DNA of 63,316 nucleotides, the filler included, from Octopus bimaculoides (lineage: Eukaryota): assembly GCF_001194135.2 (NCBI RefSeq). It is 8 parts of 7 records of this genome, joined end to end, with 100 filler letters (N's around TTAATTAATTAA, not from the genome) between each part and the next. Parts side by side here need not be neighbours in the genome. Positions count along the whole stretch, not along the records: positions 51,264 to 55,318 come from NC_068986.1; positions 55,419 to 61,592 come from NC_068996.1; positions 61,693 to 63,316 come from NW_026384614.1; 5 more parts are not named here. The stretch is one strand, 5' to 3'. The notes under the pieces were generated by a model. That model was not told the origin of the DNA, made no database searches, and saw only the letters and a program-made list of their open reading frames with translations. Shown piece after piece: positions 51,164 to 63,316 of this stretch (the stretch's first letter is position 1; every line of letters starts with the position of its first letter). Made by a program: the position numbers and the translations under genes.

Positions 51164-51914
51164 NNNNNNNNNNNNNNNNNNNNNNNNNNNNNNNNNNNNN
51201 NNNNNNNTTAATTAATTAANNNNNNNNNNNNNNNNNNNNNNNNNNNNNNNNNNNNNNNNNNNNTCCTCAGGACATTAACTTCTTGGCCGTTGCAGGGTTT
51301 AATTGAATGAATCTATGATACCACTGCGTGTGTGTGTGTGTGTGTGTGTTGCTCCCAGGATGGCGTACCTCTTTGCAGCGAGGTAGATTACGCCATTCGA
51401 AATTTGAATGTCTTGACCTCGGGCACAAACTCAGCTCAGAGGAGGAACTGGTGGTTTCCAGAATAGTTACCCACTTCTCTATTTACCCGTTCCAATAGTG
51501 CGCGTTAGATTTCCTTTAATCTCTCTTTCTCTTACTCTCTCTGCCTCTCTCTCTGCCTCTCTCTCTCTGCCTCTCTCTCTCTCTCTTTCTCTTTTATCTC
51601 CATCTAATCACTTTTCGTCATTCACCCCTTTCATTCTATTTTACTCAGACCCTCGCTTTCCTTCAGCCTTCTCTCTCACTCTCTTTCATTCCCTCACTCC
51701 CCCTGTCTCTCTCTCTCTTTCTTTTCATTTCTTTGCACATAGACACACTCTCCTTCATTCCTCTCTCTCTATCACGCTCCACAATCTCTCTCCACTCCCT
51801 CTACCACTTTCTCTTTCCATCATCTCTCTCTCACCCTCTCTCTCCCCTCCTCTGTCCTCTCTCTCACCCTCTCTCTCCCCTCCTCTGTCCTCTCCCTCCT
51901 CTTCTCTCCTCCTC

Positions 51915-51953
<39 letters not shown>

Positions 51954-53455
51954 GTATCGACCATTATCGATCGTAACTGCCTTCACAGTTATTTAACTGC
52001 AACCCTCAAAGCATCTCTTTAAAGGTACGTGTGTGTGAGTGTATGTGTATGCTAGTGTGTGTGCGTGCGTCGGTGTGCGTGCGTGAATGTACATAACCAT
52101 GATTATTACGTATAGGCATTTATTTATTTATTTATTCATTCATTTATTTATTTATTTACTTCCTTATTTATTTCCTTATTTTATTTATTTATTTACCTAT
52201 CTACTTTACCTTACTTTAGCTGTGTTAGCCTTTGTGTGCGACCAGTTCCCTTCTTTCAGGAATCCTTTTCGAGAGCATGAATAGGCGAAGTCAAAAGTCG
52301 GTTCCTAGCAGGCAGTCGCTCTCAATACGCTCTGTGATAAAGCCTCTTTTAGAGGCTTTTTTCCCCCCTTAGCAGGTGGCTATCATTTAACTATGCTATA
52401 ATTATTTAACCATCCTATAAATATTCGCTGTAAATGGATGACTTGGCGACTGACTAACCCTCAGGGGGAATGTTGGCCTGCTCCCCTAGGAAGCGAAGTG
52501 ACATCATTCGAAAGCTAACACAGTGCAAAATAGTGCGTTTCGACCACGATGTATAACAGCAGCCGATAAATGTGTCGTTCACGTGATCACGTAATATATG
52601 TCCGTTTAACTCCCCGAAACAGGCTCGTCCAAAGAAGTCTTGCAAGGTGGAAGAAGACATTTCTCAGGCCCTATAGTGAGAAAGAGCTATTTCAAAATTT
52701 AACGGGGACAGTGATTCATTCTTTTTGAAGGAGAGGCCCGTCAGATACGGATAGACCTTTCCTTTGCATTTCCAGCTCCGGCCCAACGCACAGGTTGAGC
52801 AACCATTCAGTAGGCCCAACCTTACGTCATTACCCGCATACCCACTCTAAACTAATGATTATAAAGAAGAGCAGAAAATTCTTAATTTCTTTACACAAAA
52901 TAATAATCGAATTGTTATATAATACATCATTATGCATCACAAAACCAGCCAGAATGGATAAGACAAGCAATGACACATAAATGTCCCCATTATTACACAA
53001 AATGACACATATTTCATGATTACAAATATTATTACCATAAACAGCTTTCTATTTACTACGTTTATTTTTATGGAAAAGAATAGTTTCCCAATGAACTGTA
53101 GTAATTTTACTCTTTTACTCTTTTATTTGTTTCAGTCCTTTGACTGCGGCCATGCTGGAGCACATCTAAATATATCATCACTAGACAACGGAACAATCAG
53201 TTAACATATTGGCTTCTGTAATTAACCATACATACATACATACATACATACATACATACATACATACATACACACATAAATACATACATACACACGTATA
53301 TATACGTGCACACACTCTCACACACAAACACACATTTACATACGCAATACCAAAAAGGTGTGACAACAATTAACGGAAAAGACAATAAATAGACTTGGAA
53401 AAATCCTTTTACGTGTTATTTTCTTTAATCATAGAAGTTTGGCCACGGGAAGACA

Positions 53456-53497
<42 letters not shown>

Positions 53498-53588
53498 GCA
53501 TTTATAGATATATTTTATATTTGTTGAGTTCTAATACTACGTACTTCTATTTGATTGTCCCTGTTGCTTTCTCCAATGTTTTGGACCG

Positions 53589-53620
<32 letters not shown>

Positions 53621-53724
53621 NNNNNNNNNNATATACACACACATATATATATATATATATAAATTGACAGAATGAGATAGAAATCCAAGGCTGTGAAAGA
53701 TTTCAGAGCATTTATAAATAGAGG

Positions 53725-53772
53725 GTCTTACAGCTGTTTCCGGGATATTTTATATATGCTTTCATCGGAGAC
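53725..53772 (-). ncRNA. Minimal Penelope-type type I hammerhead motif (probably mutated)
   Basis: Minus strand: GTCT-CCGATGA-(stem II region)-GAAA-CAGCTG-UA-AGAC. Stem I GTCT/AGAC, palindromic stem III ACAGCTGT, GUA site; core carries U4C. Confidence 0.55.
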
Positions 53773-54668
53773 GGTGTGAAAAATGGTTAAGCAATAGTTA
53801 TTCTAGATAACTCTCTATTTCATATCTTATCTAGAATAATTATTGCTTAACCATTAGTAAGCAGGAGTGCTTATTTTGTAGTGTTTAGATAGTTTCCAAC
53901 ATAAATACTGTCGTATCATATCCTGGCGATTTTTTTGTATTCGTTTAGATCTTCTTGACACCATTATCAATATTCCAAACTTCAGTTACAAAATTGGAAC
54001 AAGCTGAAAGAGAAATCAGGCGCTTCACACCTCCAGTGACTAACAAAATCTAAGTTGCTTGTGGTAAATTAAATACGTGGTAAATTAAATAGCATTCAAA
54101 GAATAGTTCATTCAGAGCTATACATGTTTCCGTAGTATCCCATTTGTAAATCCAAGCTGTACTGTCAGTCCTCCAGCGTATATTGTCTTACAGAGAGAAT
54201 ATAAGTGGACAGTCTTCCTTACAAGAAATGATCATGAGACAGTCTTCCTTCCAGGAAACGATCAAGCACATTGGAATTTCAGAGACAATTTATAAGTAGT
54301 GGTGTGTAATACAGAAAATCCAAACATCGAAGTTAAGGTATTATGCTTATTCCATCATTATGATCGTATCAACAATACATGTTTCATATTAACCATGAAT
54401 ATGAATATGACTTTATAAAATATATTACATGTGATACATGTTCATCTCATCAGACATAGTTCAAAATGCAATACTACTACATCTTTGCCCTTTGTCAGAT
54501 GAAGTGAACAGGAATCACACGTAATACACTTTAATTTAATATAACCATTTATTTTTTTATATTTATATATATATATATATATTCATATTCATATTCATTA
54601 TTGATGCGAACCATGTATTGTTGAAACGATCGTAAAGAAGGAATAAATCTAATCAATTATAAATAATT

Positions 54669-54867
54669 ATTTCTACTCTAGGCACAAGGCCTTGAAAATT
54701 TGGTGGGGAAGGGGGCCAGTCGATCACATCGACCCCAGAATTTATTTGATCGACCTAGAAAAGATAAAAGGCAAGTCGACCTCGCTGGAATTTGAACTCA
54801 GAACGTAGCGGCAGATGAAATACCGTTAAGTATTTCGCTCGGCGTGCTGACGATACTCCTCGCCGCC
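54669..54867 (-). mobile_element. tRNA-headed SINE (family B)
   Basis: GGCACAAGGCC...GTCGACCTCGCTGGAATTTGAACTCAGAACG...GGCGTGCTGACGATACTCCTCGCCGCC. Confidence 0.8.
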
Positions 54868-55281
54868 CCCTACTCAATAATAAATACTGAGCTTCCCTTC
54901 AGCCTTTTCACAAACGGCAAACCTAGCACTGAAAATCACTACATTAAATCTGCTAAACACAGAGATCCAGGAACCTGCCAAAGTAGGCCGTTAAATTCTA
55001 TAGACTGTATGGTTTTTCAGCGACGAATATCAGTTACGTCGAAACGACGAACGATGACTGCAGTCAGTAACTCTGAGTAAATATGGAATCACCCGTCTAT
55101 ATTACTTTAGAATTTTTAAATTTGCATTTCTAAAGTGCAGAACACACACACACACACATGCACGCACGCACACGCACACGCACACACACACATATACGCA
55201 GATGTGCGTGTGTGCGTGCATGTGCGTGCGTATGCATGTGTCTGTGCATGTATGTATGCATGTATATATGGACATATATAC

Positions 55282-55318
<37 letters not shown>

Positions 55319-55418
55319 NNNNNNNNNNNNNNNNNNNNNNNNNNNNNNNNNNNNNNNNNNNNTTAATTAATTAANNNNNNNNNNNNNNNNNNNNNNNNNN
55401 NNNNNNNNNNNNNNNNNN

Positions 55419-55451
<33 letters not shown>

Positions 55452-56281
55452 TCAAGCACATACATATACGCAGTAAAAAAAACAATATCGAATGATAAAA
55501 CCTATAATTGCAAATGTACTTTCTGCATGGGATTATTTCTGCAACGAGATGTATCCGTGCTCCAGGTTAAGCTTGGTGATTCAACTTTTTTGCTGGTCGT
55601 CAGTGTAATATTTTTATGTTCATATCGCAACTTTAGGTTATTTTCAGGTTGTGTCTTCTTTTAAAATGTTTTATCCTTCTACAGCTAGTAGAGAAATACT
55701 TGTCTAAAAGGTTAAGTAGTATCTTGCTATATCAGATTTATTATTGAGCTGAAGGGTATGCACGACGTATATCATTATACGAAATGTCATATAAATCACA
55801 CTCAATTTTTCTCTATAAATATGTTACGTTCAGTTGCTTTACGAACATAAAAATACAATGTAACGTACACCGAGAGATGTTTAATTAGAAATACAGATAC
55901 TTGCTCACTAAATATATCCTGCAAAACAAAAAACAAGAAAGAATTATGAACTGATGACACTTCTTTTAAACCCAAGCCAAAAGTCACATGTAAGTTTTCC
56001 AATGGATTGACGAAAGTGAAATTTAAGCAAAGATTCTATTATCTTCAATTTTCCTTTATACATATGCAGGAGAGGAACACAATAGATTTAGCCGACTATG
56101 TCTGGTAATTAAAAGAAAGGCTTTAGAAGTGAATGGCGAGTCCCTGCTAAAGATGAAACGACAAAAGAGGAAATTGTGCATGCGCTATCTTCAAAAGAAC
56201 AATTTTCAAAGACATTCAAGCATACTTGTATATATCTAAGTATCAAATCTGCAGATTCTGGAAATGTAGAAACTTACTTAA

Positions 56282-56572
56282 CCCGTTACCTACCAGTGAT
56301 CTCATATGAGATGACTTAAAAATTACAAATTTCGTAATTATCTGTCAATATTTACACATATCTAACCTTTTTGCTATATCTACTAGGTATATTTCTCTGA
56401 TATTCAAATGAGGTTTGTTAATTTTTCCCCCAATATCTCGCTTATTTCTATTTAAAATGTAATTTTGAAATGTTATTTTGATCATTCCAGCGTGTTTCTA
56501 ATGCTGTTTTATGCTAGAAATCAAAGTTTCATAAAAAAAATTCCAGTTAATAGAACTATGGGAGGTAATGGG
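56282..56572. mobile_element. piggyBac-like MITE (TTAA TSD, CCC termini)
   Basis: TTAA|CCCGTTACCTACCA ... TGGGAGGTAATGGG|TTAA. Confidence 0.75.
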
Positions 56573-56973
56573 TTAAGAAAACCTCTGCTTCGGAACTGGA
56601 AATATCATGGTTACTGAAATGAAAATGCACAAACGAAATTGCTTGGCATCGAGATTTCTCCATCTTGTTCTCCTCTTCCTTTTCTATATTTTCTATAGCG
56701 TTTTTCTTTCATTTCTTTACTATATTTTTCTACTTATACTAATTTTCATCTTACCATTCTCTATGTAATATAAATGTTCTTCGATTTGCAGCAAATAATT
56801 TTTTTATAACAAATCCAACGTTAGCACCAGCAAGGTATAATTAACATCTACTAAGGGCTAATCACTTTAACAAAAACAGAAGCATTTACACATATTTTTC
56901 CCCAAAAATTATACATATCTTTGATATAATACATAATAAAATTATATATATATATATATGTATGTATATGTGT

Positions 56974-57012
<39 letters not shown>

Positions 57013-57668
57013 NNNNNNNNNNNNNNNNNNNNNNNNNNNNNNNNNNNNNNNNNNNNNNNNNNNNNNNNNNNNNNNNNNNNNNNNNNNNNNNNNNNNNNNN
57101 NNNNNNNNNNNNNNNNNNNNNNNNNNNNNNNNNNNNNNNNNNNNNNNNNNNNNNNNNNNNNNNNNNNNNNNNNNNNNNNNNNNNNNNNNNNNNNNNNNNN
57201 NNNNNNNNNNNNNNNNNNNNNNNNNNNNNNNNNNNNNNNNNNNNNNNNNNNNNNNNNNNNNNNNNNNNNNNNNNNNNNNNNNNNNNNNNNNNNNNNNNNN
57301 NNNNNNNNNNNNNNNNNNNNNNNNNNNNNNNNNNNNNNNNNNNNNNNNNNNNNNNNNNNNNNNNNNNNNNNNNNNNNNNNNNNNNNNNNNNNNNNNNNNN
57401 NNNNNNNNNNNNNNNNNNNNNNNNNNNNNNNNNNNNNNNNNNNNNNNNNNNNNNNNNNNNNNNNNNNNNNNNNNNNNNNNNNNNNNNNNNNNNNNNNNNN
57501 NNNNNNNNNNNNNNNNNNNNNNNNNNNNNNNNNNNNNNNNNNNNNNNNNNNNNNNNNNNNNNNNNNNNNNNNNNNNNNNNNNNNNNNNNNNNNNNNNNNN
57601 NNNNNNNNNNNNNNNNNNNNNNNNNNNNNNNNNNNNNNNNNNNNNNNNNNNNNNNNNNNNNNNNNNNN

Positions 57669-57769
<101 letters not shown>

Positions 57770-57849
57770 TGAGAGAGAGATCACTCTTAGTGCTTCTGGT
57801 AACATGTAACCTAGTACAACCTGTTATTTGGTCGTACCGTCAGTGACTA

Positions 57850-58620
57850 AACTGGGCAACACCACGAAGCCTGCCTGGTAAGGTAGGTGGTTTTCATTGG
57901 AGGCTCAGCATGACAAAGGCAAAACCTGTCAAATAGCGGATGAACTCTGTCGAGTCAACGATCATACAACAGCAATAAAACTACCGACAGGGACAGACCG
58001 CTAGTTATTGTCACAGCATTCTTCTAAGAGAGGGACACTGTGAAGTAATCTTGCAGATTCACCAGATTACCGGTCATCTCGTTTCAGTTTGTCACTAGCT
58101 ACTGATCAGAGACACTGAGAAAGTGGTACGCGAGCAATACAAGCGTTTATCTCCATAATACAATGACATACAGACGTCTCTTTGCGGTAACTTCATTTAT
58201 CATTCCATCTCACTGAAAGTCCTATGGCGATGGATGAGTGGTGATATGTACAGAACTAACCGGTCAGTTCCAAGTAGGAAAAAGTTCAGCTTCAAGTAGA
58301 AAACGTTTGAAACTGTGATCGGGAAACTACTTATCCCACTAAATGATATCCTCAAGTCTGGCGGGTCTTACAACTTTTGTCTGACATTCATACTTCAGAT
58401 CTGCAGCGGAACAGAAAATCAGGAATGTCGCTGACAACGAGAAAGCACAAGAAGACGGCAATCATCTGTGAAGACGGAGCAATCACCACATGTACAAATT
58501 TGTGAGAAAAAAAGACAATATTGCTCATTTCAGCAATGCCCGCCGTGTATCTGAGTTGCACGCGAAATCTGGTCTAAAAAAGAGGAAATGAGTATATGAG
58601 GATGATATTCGAAGAAATAG
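57850..58620 (+). mobile_element. Possible degraded LINE (RTE-like) 5' region
   Basis: GC-richer, decayed coding-like sequence; no intact motif could be read. Confidence 0.25.
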
Positions 58621-59916
58621 TTAAGAAACGAATTCAAAATATATAAGATCTTTTGACTGAAACGATAATTGTACAAGGTCCCAGAAATACATACAACATA
58701 GCGCCGCAAGACGTAGGGAACAGTTTAAAATGTTTGTTAACTTTTGTTTCATAATTATGTCGATTCTTCCAGCTTAAATCAATACCTGGTTTATTTCTTA
58801 TGCTATAAAAATGAGAAACATTCTTTACTTACCAAGGTAGTGTTATTCAGACCGGATTATGATATATATCTTACACGTGGAATTTCATTTTTATGATCAT
58901 AGCTTGTATTGATAACAACACAAGCACTGATATCATCAATACAAGCAGAACAACGGCACGTGTCAGTAATTTAAACGACGTTGTTACACTTCTCACGTTC
59001 AATGTACGGTCTTAATGTTGTTACCGGTGGTATGTCATGTTAATAGACGTCAAGCTTCTGGCAGCTGACAGATACACCACCTAGACGTAGCTTTAATCAC
59101 TTAGAAGCGCAAGATATTTTATCACGTATAAGACCACAGAAAAAAGTTGGTTACTCCCTCGAAAAGACCGCTGTCGCTAATGTGTCAAATATATCATATA
59201 TATATATNNNNNNNNNNNNNNNNNNNNNNNNNNNNNNNNNNNNNNNNNNNNNNNNNNNNNNNNNNNNNNNNNNNNNNNNNNNNNNNNNNNNNNNNNNNNN
59301 NNNNNNNNNNNNNNNNNNNNNNNNNNNNNNNNNNNNNNNNNNNNNNNNNNNNNNNNNNNNNNNNNNNNNNNNNNNNNNNNNNNNNNNNNNNNNNNNNNNN
59401 NNNNNNNNNNNNNNNNNNNNNNNNNNNNNNNNNNNNNNNNNNNNNNNNNNNNNNNNNNNNNNNNNNNNNNNNNNNNNNNNNNNNNNNNNNNNNNNNNNNN
59501 NNNNNNNNNNNNNNNNNNNNNNNNNNNNNNNNNNNNNNNNNNNNNNNNNNNNNNNNNNNNNNNNNNNNNNNNNNNNNNNNNNNNNNNNNNNNNNNNNNNN
59601 NNNNNNNNNNNNNNNNNNNNNNNNNNNNNNNNNNNNNNNNNNNNNNNNNNNNNNNNNNNNNNNNNNNNNNNNNNNNNNNNNNNNNNNNNNNNNNNNNNNN
59701 NNNNNNNNNNNNNNNNNNNNNNNNNNNNNNNNNNNNNNNNNNNNNNNNNNNNNNNNNNNNNNNNNNNNNNNNNNNNNNNNNNNNNNNNNNNNNNNNNNNN
59801 NNNNNNNNNNNNNNNNNNNNNNNNNNNNNNNNNNNNNNNNNNNNNNNNNNNNNNNNNNNNNNNNNNNNNNNNNNNNNNNNNNNNNNNNNNNNNNNNNNNN
59901 NNNNNNNNNNNNNNNG

Positions 59917-60001
59917 GCTTTGGTCGGCCCGAGGCTATAGTAGAAGACACTTGCCCAAGGTGCCACGCAGTGGGACTGAACCCAGAACCATGTGGTTGGT
60001 A
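59917..60001 (-). mobile_element. Partial SINE (family C)
   Basis: Nearly identical to 60606-60690. Confidence 0.8.
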
Positions 60002-60310
60002 ATATATATATATATAATATAATATAATATAATATAATATATATAACGTGTGTTCTATAAACAAGGAACTGATGTCGCTGTTTACATTATGTCACAGCCT
60101 GCCGCTTAAGCATCGCAGCCTGTCGCTTAAGCGTTGCCGAATCCTGTCAAAAACGTGCCCGAATACATGGAACTAGTTACACAACTTCCATTTCAAGCAA
60201 CGCTGCAAGTTACGTAAACTTGCATGAAGACCCTGTGTATACCTATAGGCAAAACTAAAAGTAGCAAGACTGACTCGGTCAAAATATGCGTGTATATGTT
60301 TATATATAAC

Positions 60311-60720
60311 TCTTTTATTTGTTTCAGCCATTTGACTGCGGCCATGCTGGAGCACCGCCTTTAGTCCAGCAAATCGAACCCAGGACTTATTCTTTGGAAG
60401 CCTAGTACTTATTCTATCAGTCTCTTTTTGCCGAACCGCTAGATTACGGGGACGTAAACACACCATCACCGATTGTCAAGTGATGTTGGAGACACATACA
60501 CAGACACACAAACATATACATACACACATACACACATATGTATATATATATATATATATATATGACGGGCTTCTTTCAGTTTCCATCTACCAAATCCACT
60601 CACAAGGCTTTGGTCGGCCCAAGGCTATAGTAGAAAACACTTGCTCAAGGTGCCACGCAGTGAGACTGAACCCGGAACCATGTGGTTGGTAAGCAAGCTA
60701 CTTACCACACAGCCACTCCT
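60311..60720 (-). mobile_element. Full-length tRNA-headed SINE (family C)
   Basis: Minus head AGGAGTGGCTGTGTGGTAAGTAG...GGTTCAGTCTCA...CTTGAGCAAGTGT; internal (AT/CA) tract; tail GGTGCTCCAGCATGGCCGCAGTCAAATGGCTGAAACAAA. Confidence 0.88.
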
Positions 60721-61210
60721 ATATATACACAGCACTAGAGCATTTTAGCCCTTATTTCTAACAATGTAGGTATCACATTTTATGACAATTATAATTCTCC
60801 TTTTTAGTGAAAGATTGCAACCTGTTGTTTATATTCATTTTATGTACACACATTAGCGTATCGCTAAATCATCCATTAATTTCGATGATCAAAACATAAA
60901 TACTAATAGAAAAGCAAGTCTGGAAAAAATAGAAGAATCGAGTGGGATTAAATGATGAGGCAACGGAGATTGCCGAAATTAACGCCAGTATTAAATATTC
61001 TCGATCGGCATTTTTCGGACGATTCAAGTTCCTGTTTGTGTATATGTTTTCATTCATGTGAGTTAGCTACAGAATCAGCGCATTTTAGTTCTTATTTCTA
61101 GCAATGTAGGTGTTTCCTTACACCCTAGTTAGTGACAATAAAAATTCTCCTTTTTTTTAATGAAAAATTGTAACTTCCTGCTTGTATCAACTTTATATAT
61201 ATATATATAT

Positions 61211-61579
61211 GTCGTGGCACTCCGTCGGTTACGACGAGGAGGGTTCCCGTTGATCCAATCAACGGAAATTAAACGTGAAATTGGCTGAGCACTCCACGGA
61301 CACGTGTACCCTTAACGTAGTTCTTGGGGAAATTCAGCGTGACACAGAGTGTGACAAGGCCGGCCCCTTTGAAATAGAGGTACACCAGAAACAGGAAGGA
61401 AGAGAGAAAGTTGTGACGAAAGAGTACAGCAAGATTCGCCACCCCACCACCCCTGCTGGAGCCTCGTGGAGGTTTCGGTGTTTTCGCTCAATAAACACTC
61501 ACAACGCTCGGTCTGGGAATCGAAACTGCGATCTTACGACCACGTGTCTATTGCCCTAATCACTGGGTCATTGCGCCTC
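61211..61579 (-). mobile_element. tRNA-headed SINE (family A)
   Basis: Colinear with 14101-14526, with a small deletion. Confidence 0.85.
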
Positions 61580-61692
61580 AACTATATATATANNNNNNNN
61601 NNNNNNNNNNNNNNNNNNNNNNNNNNNNNNNNNNNNTTAATTAATTAANNNNNNNNNNNNNNNNNNNNNNNNNNNNNNNNNNNNNNNNNNNN

Positions 61693-61728
<36 letters not shown>

Positions 61729-61778
61729 TAAGTATACACATACATACATACATAAAAATATTTATGCATATATAAATA

Positions 61779-61816
61779 CTAGCAGAATGACCGCTCGCCG
61801 GGCGGTTTTCTGCTAG
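61779..61816 (-). mobile_element. Helitron/Helentron-type terminus (hairpin plus CTAG)
   Basis: A|CTAGCAGAA-TG-ACCGC-TCGCCGG-GCGGT-T-TTCTGCTAG; on the minus strand a GC hairpin lies 7 nt upstream of CTAG|T. Confidence 0.55.
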
Positions 61817-61955
61817 CCACTGGATGATATTTTCATTGATATTTTCAGTCGCACACTTTTTGGGACGCCCCATGTTGAAATGCAAGATTATAACGTGATA
61901 TTTGTGTAATAATGAAATCAAACCGGGAGCGTGTGTGTTTGTGGTGTGTGTATGT

Positions 61956-62061
<106 letters not shown>

Positions 62062-62528
62062 AAGAGAGAGCGAGAGGGGTGGGAAGAATGAACATTGCAA
62101 ACAATGAATGAAATAAACATGAAATGAAAATGTATAAATAAAATTTCGTTAAAAACTATCTTGTACCGAATATTGAAATTTGTGAACTTGAAATATTTAA
62201 TAATGAAAGGAAGTTCAAAAAGTAAATTTTCCTGAAAACTTCAATTTATAAAAAAATACCACTGAACAGTACACGCACAAAGTAAATAAAAAATTTTACG
62301 GAAATTAACGAAGTGTGCGGGTTCAAGCGAAAGAATGCCTATATATGTATATATGTGCCTCGTATCATAAGCCTCAAAGTTATACAGCTATTTTGTCTAA
62401 TAGCATTCATTCATTCAACAAATAAATTTTTTTTATGACGTACAGCTGTGGATTTTGCAAATAGCGAATTAAAACTTGAAATGAAAACATTAAAATGAAT
62501 ATATATATTAAATTATTATTTATGAAAA

Positions 62529-62576
<48 letters not shown>

Positions 62577-62899
62577 GGATGTTGCAAATAAAAACGGAAA
62601 AATTTCGACTGCAACGAACTAATATTGTTTATTACATTAAAATCTACTCTGCAGTGAATGCAGTGAATATTTAAATTTGGGAAAAACTTGTCGATCAAAT
62701 ATTCAATAAACTTCAGAAATCGAAATTACAAGAAATTACAAGAAATTTCTTGGAACACGGATTTATAAAAAAAATTCCAGACGGTCAAGCCTTTAATAAT
62801 TGCTTTCTTTACCAACTGCAAGGAAATAATCCCATTCTCTTAGCTATGTAGGTATTTGCTTCTAAAAAAAGAACTAGCCTACAGCTTTAGATGCAAATG

Positions 62900-63316
62900 A
62901 AGTCGCTAGTCTTATATCAGTTTCGTTCTCTTAAAGGGATGTCCAAAGGAAGACTATGATTCTCTCCCTCCAGTTGTTGGATGGCCGTTGTCTCAACTGA
63001 GCCCATTCGCTATTTTACAGATTGTTTTTCGTCCCGGAGGCTATCCAATGAAAACCACCCTCCTCTCTGAACAGGCTTAGTAAAGTTGCTAGTTTAGTCG
63101 CCGATGGTCACTCATCTCTTTCTCACTTCAGCCAGCATAAAGGCGATGACGAACCTATAATTTCTCCGTCCAGCTTCGTCATATCACTAGCGTTCAATAT
63201 CCCATCGCGTTTGGCCCCACGGCTTTTTAATGTTGTTTTCACTGCACAATTTTTCCTGTCTTTGTCTGTGTTTGCTACCTTGGAATCCTCTGTTTAGTGG
63301 GTTAATCCACTACTCA
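62900..63316 (-). mobile_element. Possible degraded RTE-like LINE 3' region
   Basis: Decayed coding-like sequence; only weak resemblance to RTE C-terminal W..G.R motifs. Confidence 0.2.

Noticed and set aside
57850-57950. HDV-like ribozyme at a putative RTE 5' end
   Set aside because: Hairpins are present, but I could not build the nested double pseudoknot or find the catalytic C in J4/2.
60869-61057. Hydrophobic minus ORF (LILALISAISVASSFNP) as a membrane-protein exon
   Set aside because: No family motif or convincing splice sites; short AT-rich hydrophobic ORFs are common by chance.

Overview
This is AT-rich, gap-ridden eukaryotic DNA dense in microsatellites. It is most likely an octopod cephalopod draft assembly (Octopus-like), inferred from the repeat families and microsatellite load rather than proven. 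I found no recognisable host protein-coding gene, rRNA, true tRNA or CRISPR array, so the window reads as intronic or intergenic sequence made of layered transposon debris. DNA elements: an internally deleted mariner with both TIRs, Helitrons (one with both termini plus PIF1-helicase remnants, and a 91-bp mini element), a Chapaev3-like transposase remnant, TTAA-flanked MITEs and a MITE carrying (TAACCC)8. Retroelements: RTE, L1/Tx1-like, CR1-like and RLE-type LINE fragments, Penelope-like GIY-YIG remnants, and about five families of tRNA-headed SINEs. The most interesting signal is a set of ORF-less fold-back elements carrying hammerhead-ribozyme cores. These are a near-canonical type I hammerhead in each arm of a 583-bp palindrome (33.3-33.9 kb), circularly permuted type II-like folds with compensatory changes (19.0-19.5 kb, 7.1 kb, 34.5 kb), and a minimal Penelope-type hammerhead (53.7 kb). 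All structures and family assignments were made by eye and need computational confirmation.
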